The translations under genes and the position numbers were made by a program. From contig CBDCJV010000002.1 of NCBI GenBank assembly GCA_965217895.1, forward strand, positions 4,640,001 through 4,704,000: a stretch of 64,000 nt of DNA, read 5' to 3'. Shown here piece after piece: positions 40,572 to 52,042 of this stretch (its first letter is position 1; each line of letters starts with the position of its first letter). The DNA comes from Waterburya sp. (GTDB lineage: Bacteria > Cyanobacteriota > Cyanobacteriia > Cyanobacteriales > Xenococcaceae). Under the pieces are notes generated by a model that worked only from the letters and a program-made list of their open reading frames with translations, ran no database searches and had not been told where the DNA came from.

Positions 40572-41795
40572 TTGGGATTAAGAGTAGCTGTTGTCGGTTC
40601 GGGACCCGCAGGTTCATCAGCCGCAGAAGTTTTAGCCAAAGCAGGTATTGAAACTTATTTATTTGAACGCAAGCTAGATAACGCCAAACCCTGTGGTGGT
40701 GCAATTCCTCTTTGCATGGTAGATGAGTTTGATTTGCCTCAAAAGATTATCGATCGGCAGGTCAAAAAAATGAAAATGATTTCGCCATCAAATCGGGAAG
40801 TTAATATCGGCTCAACTCTTAAAGACGGTGAATATATCGGTATGTGCCGCCGAGAAGTTTTAGACGGCTTCTTACGTAATCGCGCTGCCGAGTTGGGTGC
40901 AAACCTAATTAACGGTACTGTATATCAGCTAGATATTCCCGATAGTGAGAAAGAACCCTACACGCTTCATTATGCCGATCATTCGACTGGTGCTGTCAAA
41001 GGGGTGATGAAAACCCTCAAGGTAGATTTAGTAATTGGTGCTGATGGTGCTAACTCTAGAATTGCTAAAGCTATAGATGCTGGTGATTACAACTATGCGA
41101 TCGCTTTCCAAGAGCGTATTCGCTTACCAGAAGATAAGATGGCATACTACGAAGATCTAGCCGAAATGTACGTCGGTGACGATGTTTCTACAGATTTTTA
41201 TGCTTGGGTGTTTCCCAAATTCGACCATGTAGCAGTCGGTACAGGAACTATGAAGGTTAATCAAGCCGACATCAAAAAACTACAGGCTGGTATCCGCAAG
41301 CGTGCTGCTAAACGACTAGAAGGTGGCAAAATCATCAAAGTCGAAGCCCACCCCATTCCCGAACATCCTCGCCCTCGTCCTATTCGTGGCAGAGTTGTTT
41401 TAGTCGGCGATGCTTTAGGCACTGTAACTAAGTCTTCTGGTGAAGGTATTTACTTTGCAGCCAAGTCTGGTCGTATGTGCGCCGAGATGATCGTAGAGCG
41501 ATCGCAGAATGGACAAAAAGTTCCCACTGAAAAAGATCTCAAAGACTTTATGAAACTCTGGAACAAAGAATACGGTGCGACTTACCTTGTACTGGATATT
41601 CTGCAACGAGTTTTCTACCGCAGTGATGCCACTCGTGAAGCATTTGTCGAAATGTGCGATGACATCGACGTACAAAAAATGACTTTTGATAGCTATCTCT
41701 ACAAAACTGTCGTTCCTGCTAATCCTTTAACTCAAATGAAGGTAACAGCTAAAACTCTTGGTAGTTTGCTTAGAGGTAATGCTTTAGCACCTTAA
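40572..41795 (+). CDS. chlP: Geranylgeranyl reductase
   Basis: VVGSGPAG, AKPCGGAIPLCM, AHPIPEHPRP, SGEGIYFAAKSGR; TTG start with AGGAG RBS. Confidence 0.96.
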   Translation: MGLRVAVVGSGPAGSSAAEVLAKAGIETYLFERKLDNAKPCGGAIPLCMVDEFDLPQKIIDRQVKKMKMISPSNREVNIGSTLKDGEYIGMCRREVLDGFLRNRAAELGANLINGTVYQLDIPDSEKEPYTLHYADHSTGAVKGVMKTLKVDLVIGADGANSRIAKAIDAGDYNYAIAFQERIRLPEDKMAYYEDLAEMYVGDDVSTDFYAWVFPKFDHVAVGTGTMKVNQADIKKLQAGIRKRAAKRLEGGKIIKVEAHPIPEHPRPRPIRGRVVLVGDALGTVTKSSGEGIYFAAKSGRMCAEMIVERSQNGQKVPTEKDLKDFMKLWNKEYGATYLVLDILQRVFYRSDATREAFVEMCDDIDVQKMTFDSYLYKTVVPANPLTQMKVTAKTLGSLLRGNALAP

Positions 41796-41876
41796 GTAAT
41801 TATGATTTGCGGATGAGTAGGTAAAATAAAGCCTTATCGTTACACATTCAGCAATGCCCTAATAATTAATTTATAA

Positions 41877-41910
41877 CAGCATCAGATCACAGCTTTGGTG
41901 CTGATTTTTT
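41877..41910 (+). terminator. Intrinsic terminator after chlP
   Basis: cagcatcaga-tcacagc-tttggtgctg hairpin followed by a T-run. Confidence 0.65.
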
Positions 41911-42021
41911 ATGCTTAACATTAGTAAATCAAAACATCTCTCAAATCCCTTTGCGTCTTTGCGCCTCTGCGCGAGATAATAGTCTCAACCCTTATTACAA
42001 CTGCCATATTAATTATCCTGA

Positions 42022-43017
42022 ATGACTGATTCTATCCAAGAACAACTAAAAGAACTAAATACCATAGCCGTCAAGGCGATCGCATCAACAGATAGCTTAG
42101 AAGAGCTTGAACAGCTAAGAATCAAGTATTTAGGTAAAAAGGGTCAACTATCTCAAATTCTCAGGGGAATGGGCAAGTTATCCGCCGAAGAACGACCTGC
42201 GGTTGGTTCTCAAGCTAACGTAGTCAAAGAAGCAGTTCAAACTGGCATAGAACAGCGTAAGCAAGCATTACAACAGGCAAAGATAGAAGCGCAAATCAAA
42301 GCCGAAACCATAGATGTAACTATGCCAGGAGTCAGTCGTCCTTTGGGTCGAGTACATCCCCTAAATGGCGTAGTAGATAGAGTATTAGATATCTTTGTAG
42401 GCTTGGGCTATACCGTTGCCACTGGTCCTCAGATTGAAACCGATTACTATAATTTTGAAGCTCTTAATACTCCTCCAGATCATCCCGCTAGGGATATGCA
42501 GGATACCTTCTATTTGCCAGGAGGAAACTTATTACGGACTCATACCTCTTCGGTGCAAATTCGCTACATGGAAAACCATGAACCCCCCATCAGAATTATT
42601 GCCCCTGGTCGAGTTTATCGTCGGGATACGGTGGATGCTACCCATTCGGCAGTGTTTAATCAGGTGGAAATATTAGCAATTGATAAAGGTATAAAATTTA
42701 CTGACTTAAAAGGCACGATCAAAGAATTCTTACAGCGGATGTTTGGGGATGAACTCCCCGTTCAGTTTCGCACCAGCTATTTTCCCTTCACCGAACCCTC
42801 AGCAGAAGTAGATGTGCAGTGGAAAGGTAAATGGTTGGAAGTGATGGGGTGCGGAATGGTTGACCCGAATGTTCTTAAAGCCGTTGGCTACGATCCTGAA
42901 GTGTATACAGGTTTTGCAGCAGGTTTCGGGGTAGAAAGATTTGCCATGGTATTACACCAAATTGATGATATTCGCCGTCTATACAATAGCGACTTACGCT
43001 TTTTAAATCAATTTTAG
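42022..43017 (+). CDS. pheS: Phenylalanine-tRNA ligase alpha subunit
   Basis: [34 protein letters not shown]. Confidence 0.98.
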   Translation: MTDSIQEQLKELNTIAVKAIASTDSLEELEQLRIKYLGKKGQLSQILRGMGKLSAEERPAVGSQANVVKEAVQTGIEQRKQALQQAKIEAQIKAETIDVTMPGVSRPLGRVHPLNGVVDRVLDIFVGLGYTVATGPQIETDYYNFEALNTPPDHPARDMQDTFYLPGGNLLRTHTSSVQIRYMENHEPPIRIIAPGRVYRRDTVDATHSAVFNQVEILAIDKGIKFTDLKGTIKEFLQRMFGDELPVQFRTSYFPFTEPSAEVDVQWKGKWLEVMGCGMVDPNVLKAVGYDPEVYTGFAAGFGVERFAMVLHQIDDIRRLYNSDLRFLNQF

Positions 43018-43126
43018 TTATTTTAGTATTAAGTCAGAATGCTCAATATTTACAGAAACAAGACTGATAAAAACATATATAATATTCGAGCTAAACTAAA
43101 AATCTTTCTAAATTACGACGCTTTAT

Positions 43127-45193
43127 ATGGAAAGTTCATCTAGCGCGCTTTTGACTTCAGAAGTCGAATTGCTGATATTATTGCTTATCGCCTGTTTAGG
43201 AGCCGTTACTTTTGAAAAATTTAATATTCCCTATACAGTTGGCTTAGTCCTAGTTGGTTTGGGGTTAGGATTTCTCACTCCTCTGCTTTTTGCTGTCGAT
43301 CCTTTGAGTTCTCTAACTCTATCTCCGAATGTAATTCTATATGTTTTTGTTCCACCATTAATCTTTGAATCGTCAATCAATCTCGATAATCAGCTTCTTT
43401 TCGAGACACTAACTCCTTCACTGATTTTAGCTGGATTGGGACTCCTGGTTTCGGCAGCCGTTGTCGGTGGCTTCATGGTTTGGCTGACACCTTTGTCTCT
43501 GAGCGGTGCTTTCGTTTTTGGATCTTTGATTTCTGCCACAGATCCAGTGGCGGTAATTGCCCTGTTCAAAGAACTGGGCGTTCCCAAGCGTTTAACGATG
43601 GTGGTAGAAGGGGAAAGTATGCTCAATGATGCTACGGCGATCGTTCTCTTTGATGTAGTCATGGCGATAATTGCTAGTGGTACGGTTGGTGTAGCAACTC
43701 TTGGAGATGCTTCAGTTAACGTTTTTGTGGTGTTGTTCGGCGGGATTTTGGTCGGCGTAGTTGTTGCTGTAATTATTTTTGGTTACTCCATTAACTTAGC
43801 CAAAAATAATGCACTGATTCAAACTACTGTAAGTATTATTATTGCCTACGCAGCTTTTATGGTTGCCCAACGTTATCTGCAATGGTCTGGAGTGATTGCA
43901 GTGATGTCAGCGGGATTGGTGGTTGGTTGGTATCTTAACCATAAAGTCAATGTAGAGGTAAGAACATATCTGCGGGAGTTTTGGGACTATGGAGCTTTTA
44001 TTGCCAATAGCCTCATCTTTTTGCTAGTGGGGCTGACAACTAGTGACTTTATTATCCGACTTGGTACTGAAAGTCCAAGATTTTGGATTGCTATTGGCTG
44101 GGCAATTATCGCCACGCTTATAGCCCGTGCAGTTGCAGTTTTTAGTTTAATACCGTTTTCCAACTGGTTACAAAAGTCCGAGCCATTTGGCTGGCGTTAT
44201 CAGATGGTAACTTTTTGGGGTGGACTACGAGGAGCGGTTGCTTTAGCCTTGGCACTGAGCCTCGATCGCTCGTTTCCTAACCGAGACTTAATTATCGCTA
44301 TGACTCTAGGGGTAGCATTATTTACTATTTTGGTTGCTGGTACGACTACAGGAAAACTAATTAGCTGGCTCAAAATAGATGAACCGCCAGTTTTAGAGCG
44401 ATTAGGAAAAGCTCAGGCGATTATTCTAGCAAAACGCGAAGCCCTAAAATTACTGCATAAGCTAGGTTTAATGGGATTGTTTGATAGCGAGGTTATTGTA
44501 GGAATAGAAGAAGATTATCAGCGGGTTCTAAATACCGCCGAAGCTGATGTCACTGAGATTTGGGAGGAACTAAAACTCGATCCGGGCATGGCGCGTCAGA
44601 TTTTATGGTTACAAATACTCAGAATCGAACATCAGGCTCATGTCGATTTATATGATCGCGGGCTTTTGTTAGAAAGTGCGATGCGCAAGCTAGAACTTAT
44701 GGTAGAGGCTAAGCGAGATAGCGTTTTAAATCGTCAGATCCCGCCTCCAGTACCAGCCTTGTGGTCGTTAGAAACTCCTTTAGAAAAGCTGATTTTCAAA
44801 CAACTACGGCATTTTTTCCGTCACCATCAGTTTTTTGGACAACGCCGTGGACACGTAGCAGCAATTCGTTACGAATACGATGCCGTAACTGCATATGTAA
44901 GCCAAAAAATTGTCAAACAGGTAAAACAATTGGTTAAGGCAAATGCAGTCGAATTAGCAGTAGCTCAAGACTGCATTATGTTTTATCAGCAAACAAGCCA
45001 AAGCGCGTTAAAGCGGGTAAAAGCAATGGGAACTAGCCGACATGAACTGGCGATCGCTCTTCAAAAAGAGGTAGCGACTCATGCTGCTCGAACCAGTGAG
45101 GGAGAGGTAATTGAACAGCTTGTAGCCGAAGGCGTAATTCCCCAAAATGCCCTAGATCGAATTCAAGATTTAATTGCCAAGGAAAATATCTAG
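43127..45193 (+). CDS. Na+/H+ antiporter (CPA1/NhaP-like)
   Basis: SATDPVAV, EGESMLND, WGGLRGAV; long cytoplasmic tail. Confidence 0.9.
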   Translation: MESSSSALLTSEVELLILLLIACLGAVTFEKFNIPYTVGLVLVGLGLGFLTPLLFAVDPLSSLTLSPNVILYVFVPPLIFESSINLDNQLLFETLTPSLILAGLGLLVSAAVVGGFMVWLTPLSLSGAFVFGSLISATDPVAVIALFKELGVPKRLTMVVEGESMLNDATAIVLFDVVMAIIASGTVGVATLGDASVNVFVVLFGGILVGVVVAVIIFGYSINLAKNNALIQTTVSIIIAYAAFMVAQRYLQWSGVIAVMSAGLVVGWYLNHKVNVEVRTYLREFWDYGAFIANSLIFLLVGLTTSDFIIRLGTESPRFWIAIGWAIIATLIARAVAVFSLIPFSNWLQKSEPFGWRYQMVTFWGGLRGAVALALALSLDRSFPNRDLIIAMTLGVALFTILVAGTTTGKLISWLKIDEPPVLERLGKAQAIILAKREALKLLHKLGLMGLFDSEVIVGIEEDYQRVLNTAEADVTEIWEELKLDPGMARQILWLQILRIEHQAHVDLYDRGLLLESAMRKLELMVEAKRDSVLNRQIPPPVPALWSLETPLEKLIFKQLRHFFRHHQFFGQRRGHVAAIRYEYDAVTAYVSQKIVKQVKQLVKANAVELAVAQDCIMFYQQTSQSALKRVKAMGTSRHELAIALQKEVATHAARTSEGEVIEQLVAEGVIPQNALDRIQDLIAKENI

Positions 45194-45200
45194 GATTAGG

Positions 45201-47465
45201 TCAAGAAGCTGTATAAACAAATACAGGTACTCGCTTAAAAGCAGGAGTTCCACAGCGGGACTCCACAGGGGCATTAAAAATCACGTTAACTTCAGGGTAG
45301 AACATCAAAGCAGCACCTTGACGCACTTCACCATAGATAATCTCAATATTGTCCAACTGACTAGCGTTTCCTTTCACAGTTACCCGCTGGTGTTCTTGTA
45401 AACCAGCACTTTCTGCATCGGCACGATTCATTAAAATACAGTGTCGGTGAGTTATTCCCCGATACTTGTCCTCAGTTTTATAAACCACCGTGTTGTGTTG
45501 AGAATAACTTCTTCCCGTCATTAATGCTACGACGATACCATGAGTATGACTGGTCACATCAAAGTCTTGAGCTTGGGGAAGAGATAATTGAGGCAAAGTC
45601 GTAACAAACATCATCGCCTTGCCAGAGGGAGTAGGAAAATGAGGCTGCTCAAAAATTCGTCCGCCAATGGTAAACTCTTCTTTTGTTTCGTCAATTTCGC
45701 CTATTTTCTCGTAGCCAGGAATGGTTTGCGAGATTAACTGTCTTACATACTTAGTATCTTGAAGTTTGCGCCAGTCGATCGGGTTTTCTCCATGCAGACG
45801 ATGGGCAAGTTCGGTTAGAAAATCTACTTCAGCAATTAAATCAGAATCTTGGAGATGGGTTTGACCTTCATCGTTAAGACGCACAAAGTTATTACCAGAC
45901 TCTACCGTAGTTTTATGGGGATTTTCAAAGCGATTAAGAACGGGAATGACAATTGTTTGTTGTGCTAAACCGTGAAAATGACCTAAATTGGGCTTGGTAG
46001 CTACATAAATAATTGTTTTGATTTTGCCCAACGCCCGCTTGACTTTGTTGCTATCTGGATTTGCTCCGTATAAATTACCACCGAGACAAATCAGCGTGTC
46101 TACTTTTCCCGCATCTGCTGCTTCAATCAAAGCCTGAGTGTCGTATCCTGGCTCCTGACTAAGAGAACGACCAAAAAGTTTTTCTAAAGACTGTTGAATT
46201 TCTTTTTTGAGCCTAACTGTCACGCCCATCGAACCAAAGCCCTGAACATTAGAATGCCCCCGCACAGGCATCAATCCAGCCCCAAACTTACCCACGTTTC
46301 CAGTAAGCAAAGCAGTGTTGGCAATACTGCTTACATTATCGACACCGTTTTGCTGTTGCGTAATTCCCATCGCCCAAGCAAAGACGACTTTTGGTGATGA
46401 ACCAATAATTTGAGCAGCAGCTTCAATTTCTGCCTGAGAAACGCCACAGGTTTCGGTAATTGTCTCCCAGGGCGTAGAATTAGCATAAGATACAACTTCT
46501 GCCCAATTTTCAGCGTGTGCATGTAAAAATTCTCGGTCAATTTTTCCCTGTTCGATTAAAGATTTTTGAATACCCACAAAGAGAGCGACATCACTTCCAG
46601 GAATGGGCTGAAGATAAATAGAAGCAATATCTGAACCTGCTAACAAAGATTTTATAAATGCAGGAGAAGCAAACTTAACTAATCCTCTTTCTTTAACTGG
46701 ATTAATAACGACAACTTTTCCACCACGTTTTCGTAGCTTAATCAATTCATTCATCAGACGAGGATGGTTATAGGAAGCGTTAGAACCCGCCAGCACAACA
46801 CAATCGGTTTCTTTTAAGCCCTTTAGACTAACCATTGATGTACCTGTGCCAAAGATCTGTTTGAGTCCAAAAGTCGAGGGTGCATGACAAAGATCGGAAC
46901 AGTCTGCCAAGTTATTAGAACCCAAAGCACGCATCATTAGCTGTAATAAAAAGGCTGCTTCGTTAGAAGAACGACCCGAACTATATGATGCTACCTTTTC
47001 TGGTGTAGCCTTAAAAGCGGTTTCTGCCAGTTGATAAATTTCATCCCAGCTAATTTTTTGATAGTGAGTACTGCCTTGAGAGAGAATTACAGGAAAACCC
47101 CATCTGCCTAGCTTATCTGCTTCTAAAGATGTAAGCTGCTGAAGTTGCTTTATGCTTTGAGTGTCAAAGAAATTAGTCTTAATTGCTGGCTGAATTTCGG
47201 CAGATATAGCCTCAACGCTTTTCATACAGCGTTGTAACTTCTCTCCTTCCTCATTGGTAAATCCTCCTTTTTGTCCCCCTGTTCCCCAAGAACATGATAA
47301 GCAAGCACTTTTATGTAATAAGGTTTTCCAAAGCTTTATGCCTTCTGGGGACAGCGTATGTTCAGCCCAGTATTCGATTACTGGCAAGCCTCCTCCCGCA
47401 TCGGGTAAGTTTTTGTCCTCTGAATCCAATGCTGAAGTGCTTTGATGCTGCTCATTCTCTTCCAC
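45201..47465 (-). CDS. FdhF/YdeP-family molybdopterin oxidoreductase
   Basis: YSSGRSSNEA, NNLADCSDLCH, PVRGHSNVQG, LMTGRS, TPAFK. Confidence 0.9.
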   Translation of the reverse strand: MEENEQHQSTSALDSEDKNLPDAGGGLPVIEYWAEHTLSPEGIKLWKTLLHKSACLSCSWGTGGQKGGFTNEEGEKLQRCMKSVEAISAEIQPAIKTNFFDTQSIKQLQQLTSLEADKLGRWGFPVILSQGSTHYQKISWDEIYQLAETAFKATPEKVASYSSGRSSNEAAFLLQLMMRALGSNNLADCSDLCHAPSTFGLKQIFGTGTSMVSLKGLKETDCVVLAGSNASYNHPRLMNELIKLRKRGGKVVVINPVKERGLVKFASPAFIKSLLAGSDIASIYLQPIPGSDVALFVGIQKSLIEQGKIDREFLHAHAENWAEVVSYANSTPWETITETCGVSQAEIEAAAQIIGSSPKVVFAWAMGITQQQNGVDNVSSIANTALLTGNVGKFGAGLMPVRGHSNVQGFGSMGVTVRLKKEIQQSLEKLFGRSLSQEPGYDTQALIEAADAGKVDTLICLGGNLYGANPDSNKVKRALGKIKTIIYVATKPNLGHFHGLAQQTIVIPVLNRFENPHKTTVESGNNFVRLNDEGQTHLQDSDLIAEVDFLTELAHRLHGENPIDWRKLQDTKYVRQLISQTIPGYEKIGEIDETKEEFTIGGRIFEQPHFPTPSGKAMMFVTTLPQLSLPQAQDFDVTSHTHGIVVALMTGRSYSQHNTVVYKTEDKYRGITHRHCILMNRADAESAGLQEHQRVTVKGNASQLDNIEIIYGEVRQGAALMFYPEVNVIFNAPVESRCGTPAFKRVPVFVYTAS

Positions 47466-47665
47466 GCTGCTTGCCTCTTTATTGATAAATATTCAGTATG
47501 GGAAGGAATGTAGATATCTCAACCCAGACTTTCTGACTCATTTCATTAATTTTAGGCAATTAATTTGAGGTTTATCAATATTAAGTTTAATTATAGCGAT
47601 CGCCTTGACTATAAATCCCGAATAACATTTTTAGAAAAAGTATTAATTTTTGCATTAATTAGCTT

Positions 47666-48457
47666 CTAAAGTTCATATCCTCTCATCCAAAATACTGATA
47701 TTAACAAAAACAGCACAGTCAAAATAATCGTCACGCCCATCGCCATCCAAGCTTGATTGGGAAATTGACCTACCAAAGTTGCTGTAGCATCATTTTGTAA
47801 TGCCCATACGGTATAAGGCTTAATCTGCTGTAATTGAGGATTAAAATTTAAACCCGCACCGCCAAAAACAACAAAAAGTGCGATCGCGCTGACGGCTCTA
47901 ATTTGATTAAAAATAACCCCTAGCATCAGGGTCAATGCCAAAGTAAACAGCATCACTAGGTAAACCATCAAGACACTTATAAGGTAATTAAATAGAGAGA
48001 TCTGTGCAGGTAATCCAACTACAAGTGCTGCAATATACATAAAGATGCCAGGCACTCCCAAAGCAATTACACCAATGAAAACTGAATAAGCTGCAAATTT
48101 CCCTAGGATAAATCCAGCAGTTGACAAGGGCTTAGAATAGATCCACAGCAGAGTTTGGGTTAGCTTTTCCTCAATAATTGCGCCTTGAGTCAAAATGATT
48201 GTGCCGATAGGTATCAAAGTACTGCCCAGCCAGAGAAACAAAGTTAAAAATGAAATTCCGCGATCGCCTGCATTACTTGGGGTCATCCAAATTGCGGGCA
48301 AAGCTGTAAGTGACATCCAAATAATGAGTTGAGAGATCCAGCGACGAGGGTTAAACCAGTAAGCAATTTCTTTGTGATAGATAGGGCGAAAACCCCGTAA
48401 CCAACTCCGAGAAACACGCTGCAATTGTGATTCGTCAACAAGATTTTGACTGCTCAT
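47666..48457 (-). CDS. ABC-2 type transporter permease
   Basis: Six TM segments, EEK...LLWIYSKPLS...ILGKF; adjacent to the ATPase. Confidence 0.82.
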   Translation of the reverse strand: MSSQNLVDESQLQRVSRSWLRGFRPIYHKEIAYWFNPRRWISQLIIWMSLTALPAIWMTPSNAGDRGISFLTLFLWLGSTLIPIGTIILTQGAIIEEKLTQTLLWIYSKPLSTAGFILGKFAAYSVFIGVIALGVPGIFMYIAALVVGLPAQISLFNYLISVLMVYLVMLFTLALTLMLGVIFNQIRAVSAIALFVVFGGAGLNFNPQLQQIKPYTVWALQNDATATLVGQFPNQAWMAMGVTIILTVLFLLISVFWMRGYEL

Positions 48458-48458
48458 A

Positions 48459-49427
48459 TTATGATTTTTGAATTAAATTTACAAAGACATCTTCAAGCTC
48501 ATAAGATGAGCGTTCAAATTGGGTCACAACAACTTGAGGATTTTCTAGTACAAGCCTCAGTAGTTCGCTTTGGGCAGCGTTTGGATTGTTAACCTGGATT
48601 TGTAATTTAGTAGTCTGAGTATTTTTTAGATCTGGCATCCCTGTCTCAACTGTAATCTTCTCGATCCAAGGTATTTGCTGCAAGCGATCTTGAACCGCCA
48701 ATCCGTCTCCGCATACCGTAACGCAAAACAAACTGTGATCGCCTGATAGCAGTTGCTCAATATTTCCTTGAGCTAGCAACTTGCCCTGTTCGAGAATCAC
48801 AACCATGTCGCTAACTCGTTGTACATCATCGAGAATATGAGTGGAGTAGAAAACTGTACTTTGTTGCCCAAAACTCTTGATAATTTGTAATACATCTCGT
48901 CGTCCTATTGGATCGAGTGCCGAGGCTGGTTCATCTAGAATTAGCAAGTCGGGATTATTAATCGCTGCTGTAGCAATACCCAGACGCTGACGTTCACCAC
49001 CCGAAAATTCCCGCACTGGACGATCTGCTTTTCCGCTTAAGCCAACCAGTTCGATCAGTTCCTCTATGCGAGCTTTAATTGCACTCTTCGATCTTGTGAA
49101 GAAAAATGAAGCGACAAACTGTAAAGTCTCGCGAGCAGTCAAATGTCCATAGAAGCGAAGTTCCTGTGGCAAAAAACCAACTCGCTCGCGAATCGCAATA
49201 CTATCTCGTACAATGCTTTTGCCAAAAATTGTCCCTACTCCCTCAGAAGGCTTCACAAGTCCGAGCAAAAGTTTGATTGTAGTACTTTTTCCTGCCCCGT
49301 TTGAGCCAAGAAAACCGCAGATAGAGCCTCGTGGCACAGCCAGATTCAACTTATTTACAACGTGCTTTTGACTATAAGTCTTAGTCAGATTTTTAGTAGA
49401 GATAATGAGATCGGACTCAATCGTCAT
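48459..49427 (-). CDS. ABC transporter ATP-binding protein
   Basis: GSNGAGKST, FSGGERQR, ILDEP, STH. Confidence 0.92.
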   Translation of the reverse strand: MTIESDLIISTKNLTKTYSQKHVVNKLNLAVPRGSICGFLGSNGAGKSTTIKLLLGLVKPSEGVGTIFGKSIVRDSIAIRERVGFLPQELRFYGHLTARETLQFVASFFFTRSKSAIKARIEELIELVGLSGKADRPVREFSGGERQRLGIATAAINNPDLLILDEPASALDPIGRRDVLQIIKSFGQQSTVFYSTHILDDVQRVSDMVVILEQGKLLAQGNIEQLLSGDHSLFCVTVCGDGLAVQDRLQQIPWIEKITVETGMPDLKNTQTTKLQIQVNNPNAAQSELLRLVLENPQVVVTQFERSSYELEDVFVNLIQKS

Positions 49428-49533
49428 AGCGCGATAAGCAGTGAGTATTTTCTATTGCATTTTAACCGCTCGATTTTATCTCATAATTCTTAGAAATAGG
49501 GCGATCGCTTAAAAACTAAAGATTTCCTAAAAA

Positions 49534-49968
49534 TTACTTTGCTTCTTTAGCTGGTGCTTGTTTCTTTTCCGTTTTAGCTGGCTGACCACCTTCCTGCTGT
49601 TTAATTATTTGCAAAATACCCGCATATTCTTTTTGCTCTGGATAATATTTAGCCAGTTTTTCTAAAGTAGGGATAGCCTTTTTAGGGTCTGTTTGCATAT
49701 AGATTTGAGCTAGTCCTTGGAGAGCGGTAACATTTTTAGGTTCTCGTTCTAATACTTTTTTGTACCCCTCAATCTGCATTTGCATTTGTTTTTCTGCCAA
49801 GGCAGGATCTTCGGTATTTTGTGTATTTGAAGCGGTAGAATTATTTTGACTAAAAACACTAGCTAAAGCGATCGCTAGGGTCGAACCAGCAAACCCTAAA
49901 CCCATTACCAAAGTTACAACACGCAGCAAAGTCTTACTTTTTTTCTCTTGCTTTTTTTTCTTCTCCAT
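49534..49968 (-). CDS. Membrane-anchored TPR protein
   Basis: N-terminal TM; GYKKVLEREPKNVTALQGLA TPR-like helices. Confidence 0.8.
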   Translation of the reverse strand: MEKKKKQEKKSKTLLRVVTLVMGLGFAGSTLAIALASVFSQNNSTASNTQNTEDPALAEKQMQMQIEGYKKVLEREPKNVTALQGLAQIYMQTDPKKAIPTLEKLAKYYPEQKEYAGILQIIKQQEGGQPAKTEKKQAPAKEAK

Positions 49969-50038
49969 ATTTTCACCTGTAGAGACAATAACCTAATTAA
50001 TTCCTTATTCGTGATCCTTTCATGCTTTATCCTAAAGC

Positions 50039-50518
50039 TTATCTCCAGGTATGAAACGCCAGTACGCCTCCTGCAAATCCTAATAAACAGAAGATAGTTA
50101 AAATCAATGTACCAAGCCAACGATTGTATCCTGCCAACTGTAGATCTAGCTTAAATAATAAGGCTGCTGCTACAAATACTAAAAATCTGGCAAAGTAATC
50201 TACTCGCTGCACAATTAAAGCAAACGCGAATGCTCCCAGCAAAATTGACATAAAAGCTCTGGTGTCAGATTTTAACCAGCCATCAAGACTACTGGCGATC
50301 AAGGATATAGGGGAGATAAAAAGAACCACCAAAAATAAAATATTGACGATCGCCGCACCATAGATCAGGACAAGGTGAATGTCTTCAGTGAGCATACTCA
50401 GTATAGCTCCTCGCTCAAGCATCTTGTCGATCCATGAGCTATACATCCATCCTTCAACACCGTAAGTTAATAGTAATATTACTAGAGAAAGCTTAGGGAC
50501 TTTTTTTGACCAAGCCAT
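50039..50518 (-). CDS. Conserved hypothetical membrane protein
   Basis: Multiple TM segments, KSDTRAF motif, downstream of apcD. Confidence 0.75.
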   Translation of the reverse strand: MAWSKKVPKLSLVILLLTYGVEGWMYSSWIDKMLERGAILSMLTEDIHLVLIYGAAIVNILFLVVLFISPISLIASSLDGWLKSDTRAFMSILLGAFAFALIVQRVDYFARFLVFVAAALLFKLDLQLAGYNRWLGTLILTIFCLLGFAGGVLAFHTWR

Positions 50519-50644
50519 TAAAAATAATTAAAGGTAATTGACAGTCGATCATCGTGCCGATAACACATTATAGTGCAACCACACAATTACCAATTACCAA
50601 TTACCTATTTAGTATTAATTAACGCTAGATAAAAGTTAAGCAAA

Positions 50645-51130
50645 CTAAGCCATGCTTTGAATAATATAGTCAAAGTAAGGGCTGGCTTCTTGAGCGTCTT
50701 CTTTGCCTAAAAGATCGAGGGATGCCTTTTTTAGACAGCGAATAGCATCAATCATTCCAGGTACAGGGACTTCAAGAGAGTTGTACATTTCTCTAACTCC
50801 AATTAAACCAGACTTTTCAATCGGGCCTTTGTCTCCTGCCATCACACCATAGGTAACTAGGCGTAGATACCAGCCAAAATCTCTGAGACACTGGTTGTAT
50901 TGTTTTTGTCCAGAGGCATTACCACCTTGAGAACGATATTCAGGATGTAACTTAAAAAGCTCTTTTCCTGCCTGATCGACGATTTTCTTTTCGCTATTGG
51001 CTAAAGTTTCAGCGATACGGAAACGCTTTTCACCTGTAGTTAAAAAGTTTTTGATGCCTTCTAGCTCACCGCTACTGGGGTAGCGTAGTTCGTCATCTGC
51101 TTTTAAGATGACTTGACTAACTATGCTCAT
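50645..51130 (-). CDS. apcD: Allophycocyanin alpha-B subunit
   Basis: [40 protein letters not shown]. Confidence 0.93.
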   Translation of the reverse strand: MSIVSQVILKADDELRYPSSGELEGIKNFLTTGEKRFRIAETLANSEKKIVDQAGKELFKLHPEYRSQGGNASGQKQYNQCLRDFGWYLRLVTYGVMAGDKGPIEKSGLIGVREMYNSLEVPVPGMIDAIRCLKKASLDLLGKEDAQEASPYFDYIIQSMA

Positions 51131-51216
51131 AATATCTGAATAGATTTAATTAACTTTAATATCTTTAGTATCTCAATAAAGAGAAATCATTGTTAGAAGG
51201 AAATGCTGGGATTTCC

Positions 51217-52014
51217 CTAGCTTATTTCGACTCCCGTGTTGGCAATAATATCTTGCCATTCCTTGGTAGACAAAGGTTGATTTACTATATTAATCTTAAA
51301 AGTTGCCTTTGCTGCCTCGGTTAAGTTATGTATTATTTTAACAGCAGAGCAGTTTTTTTGATGTCTGGTTGACCGATCTTCTGAAAATGGGAAAACCTCC
51401 AATAAATTTTCTGATAAAGGGCTGGTAAAGACCTGTTTGTATAGCTTGGGGTCTGTATTGAGGATCATTGAACCGTGCTGCAAAACGGTCTTACCACGAC
51501 GTAATTGCGCGCTACCAATTACCTTATTTCCTGTGGGCGTAACTAAATCTGAACCTGTCGCTGTAGCAAAACAGTTTTGTTGCTGAATGTATTCTTTAGT
51601 CGCCGTACCGTAATCTAAGTTTACACCAAGCGATCGCCAGCCAGCAATTAAAAACTCACAAATTTGTTGATATACTTCTAATCGTTTACCTGGAGGAATA
51701 GAAGTCACTACCATATAGGTTAAATCACCCTGGTGTAGCACTGCCCTACCGCCCGTGGGACGACGGACAATATCTAGAGATTTTCCTTGCCAGGTCAAAT
51801 CATTCCATCTACTAGGATAATCTTTTTGGTGATAACCCAAAGAAATAGCAGCAGGCTGCCAAGTATAAAAGCGCAACACTCCATTGTAAAAAGTGTTGCC
51901 ACAAATTGAAGAGTCATATTTTCTGGCGCGATGTTGTTCGAGCAAATAGCGATCGATTGCCATCTGCACTTCTCCAGACGCAACCACAGGAGGTATAAAA
52001 CGCCAAGTGTTCAT
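51217..52014 (-). CDS. Lipoate-protein ligase/octanoyltransferase family (LplA/LipM-like)
   Basis: MAID, LRFYTW, VRRPTGGRAVLH, KVIGSAQ, LQHGS. Confidence 0.88.
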   Translation of the reverse strand: MNTWRFIPPVVASGEVQMAIDRYLLEQHRARKYDSSICGNTFYNGVLRFYTWQPAAISLGYHQKDYPSRWNDLTWQGKSLDIVRRPTGGRAVLHQGDLTYMVVTSIPPGKRLEVYQQICEFLIAGWRSLGVNLDYGTATKEYIQQQNCFATATGSDLVTPTGNKVIGSAQLRRGKTVLQHGSMILNTDPKLYKQVFTSPLSENLLEVFPFSEDRSTRHQKNCSAVKIIHNLTEAAKATFKINIVNQPLSTKEWQDIIANTGVEIS

Positions 52015-52042
52015 ACAAGTCTAGTATGCTTGGTAAAGAAAA

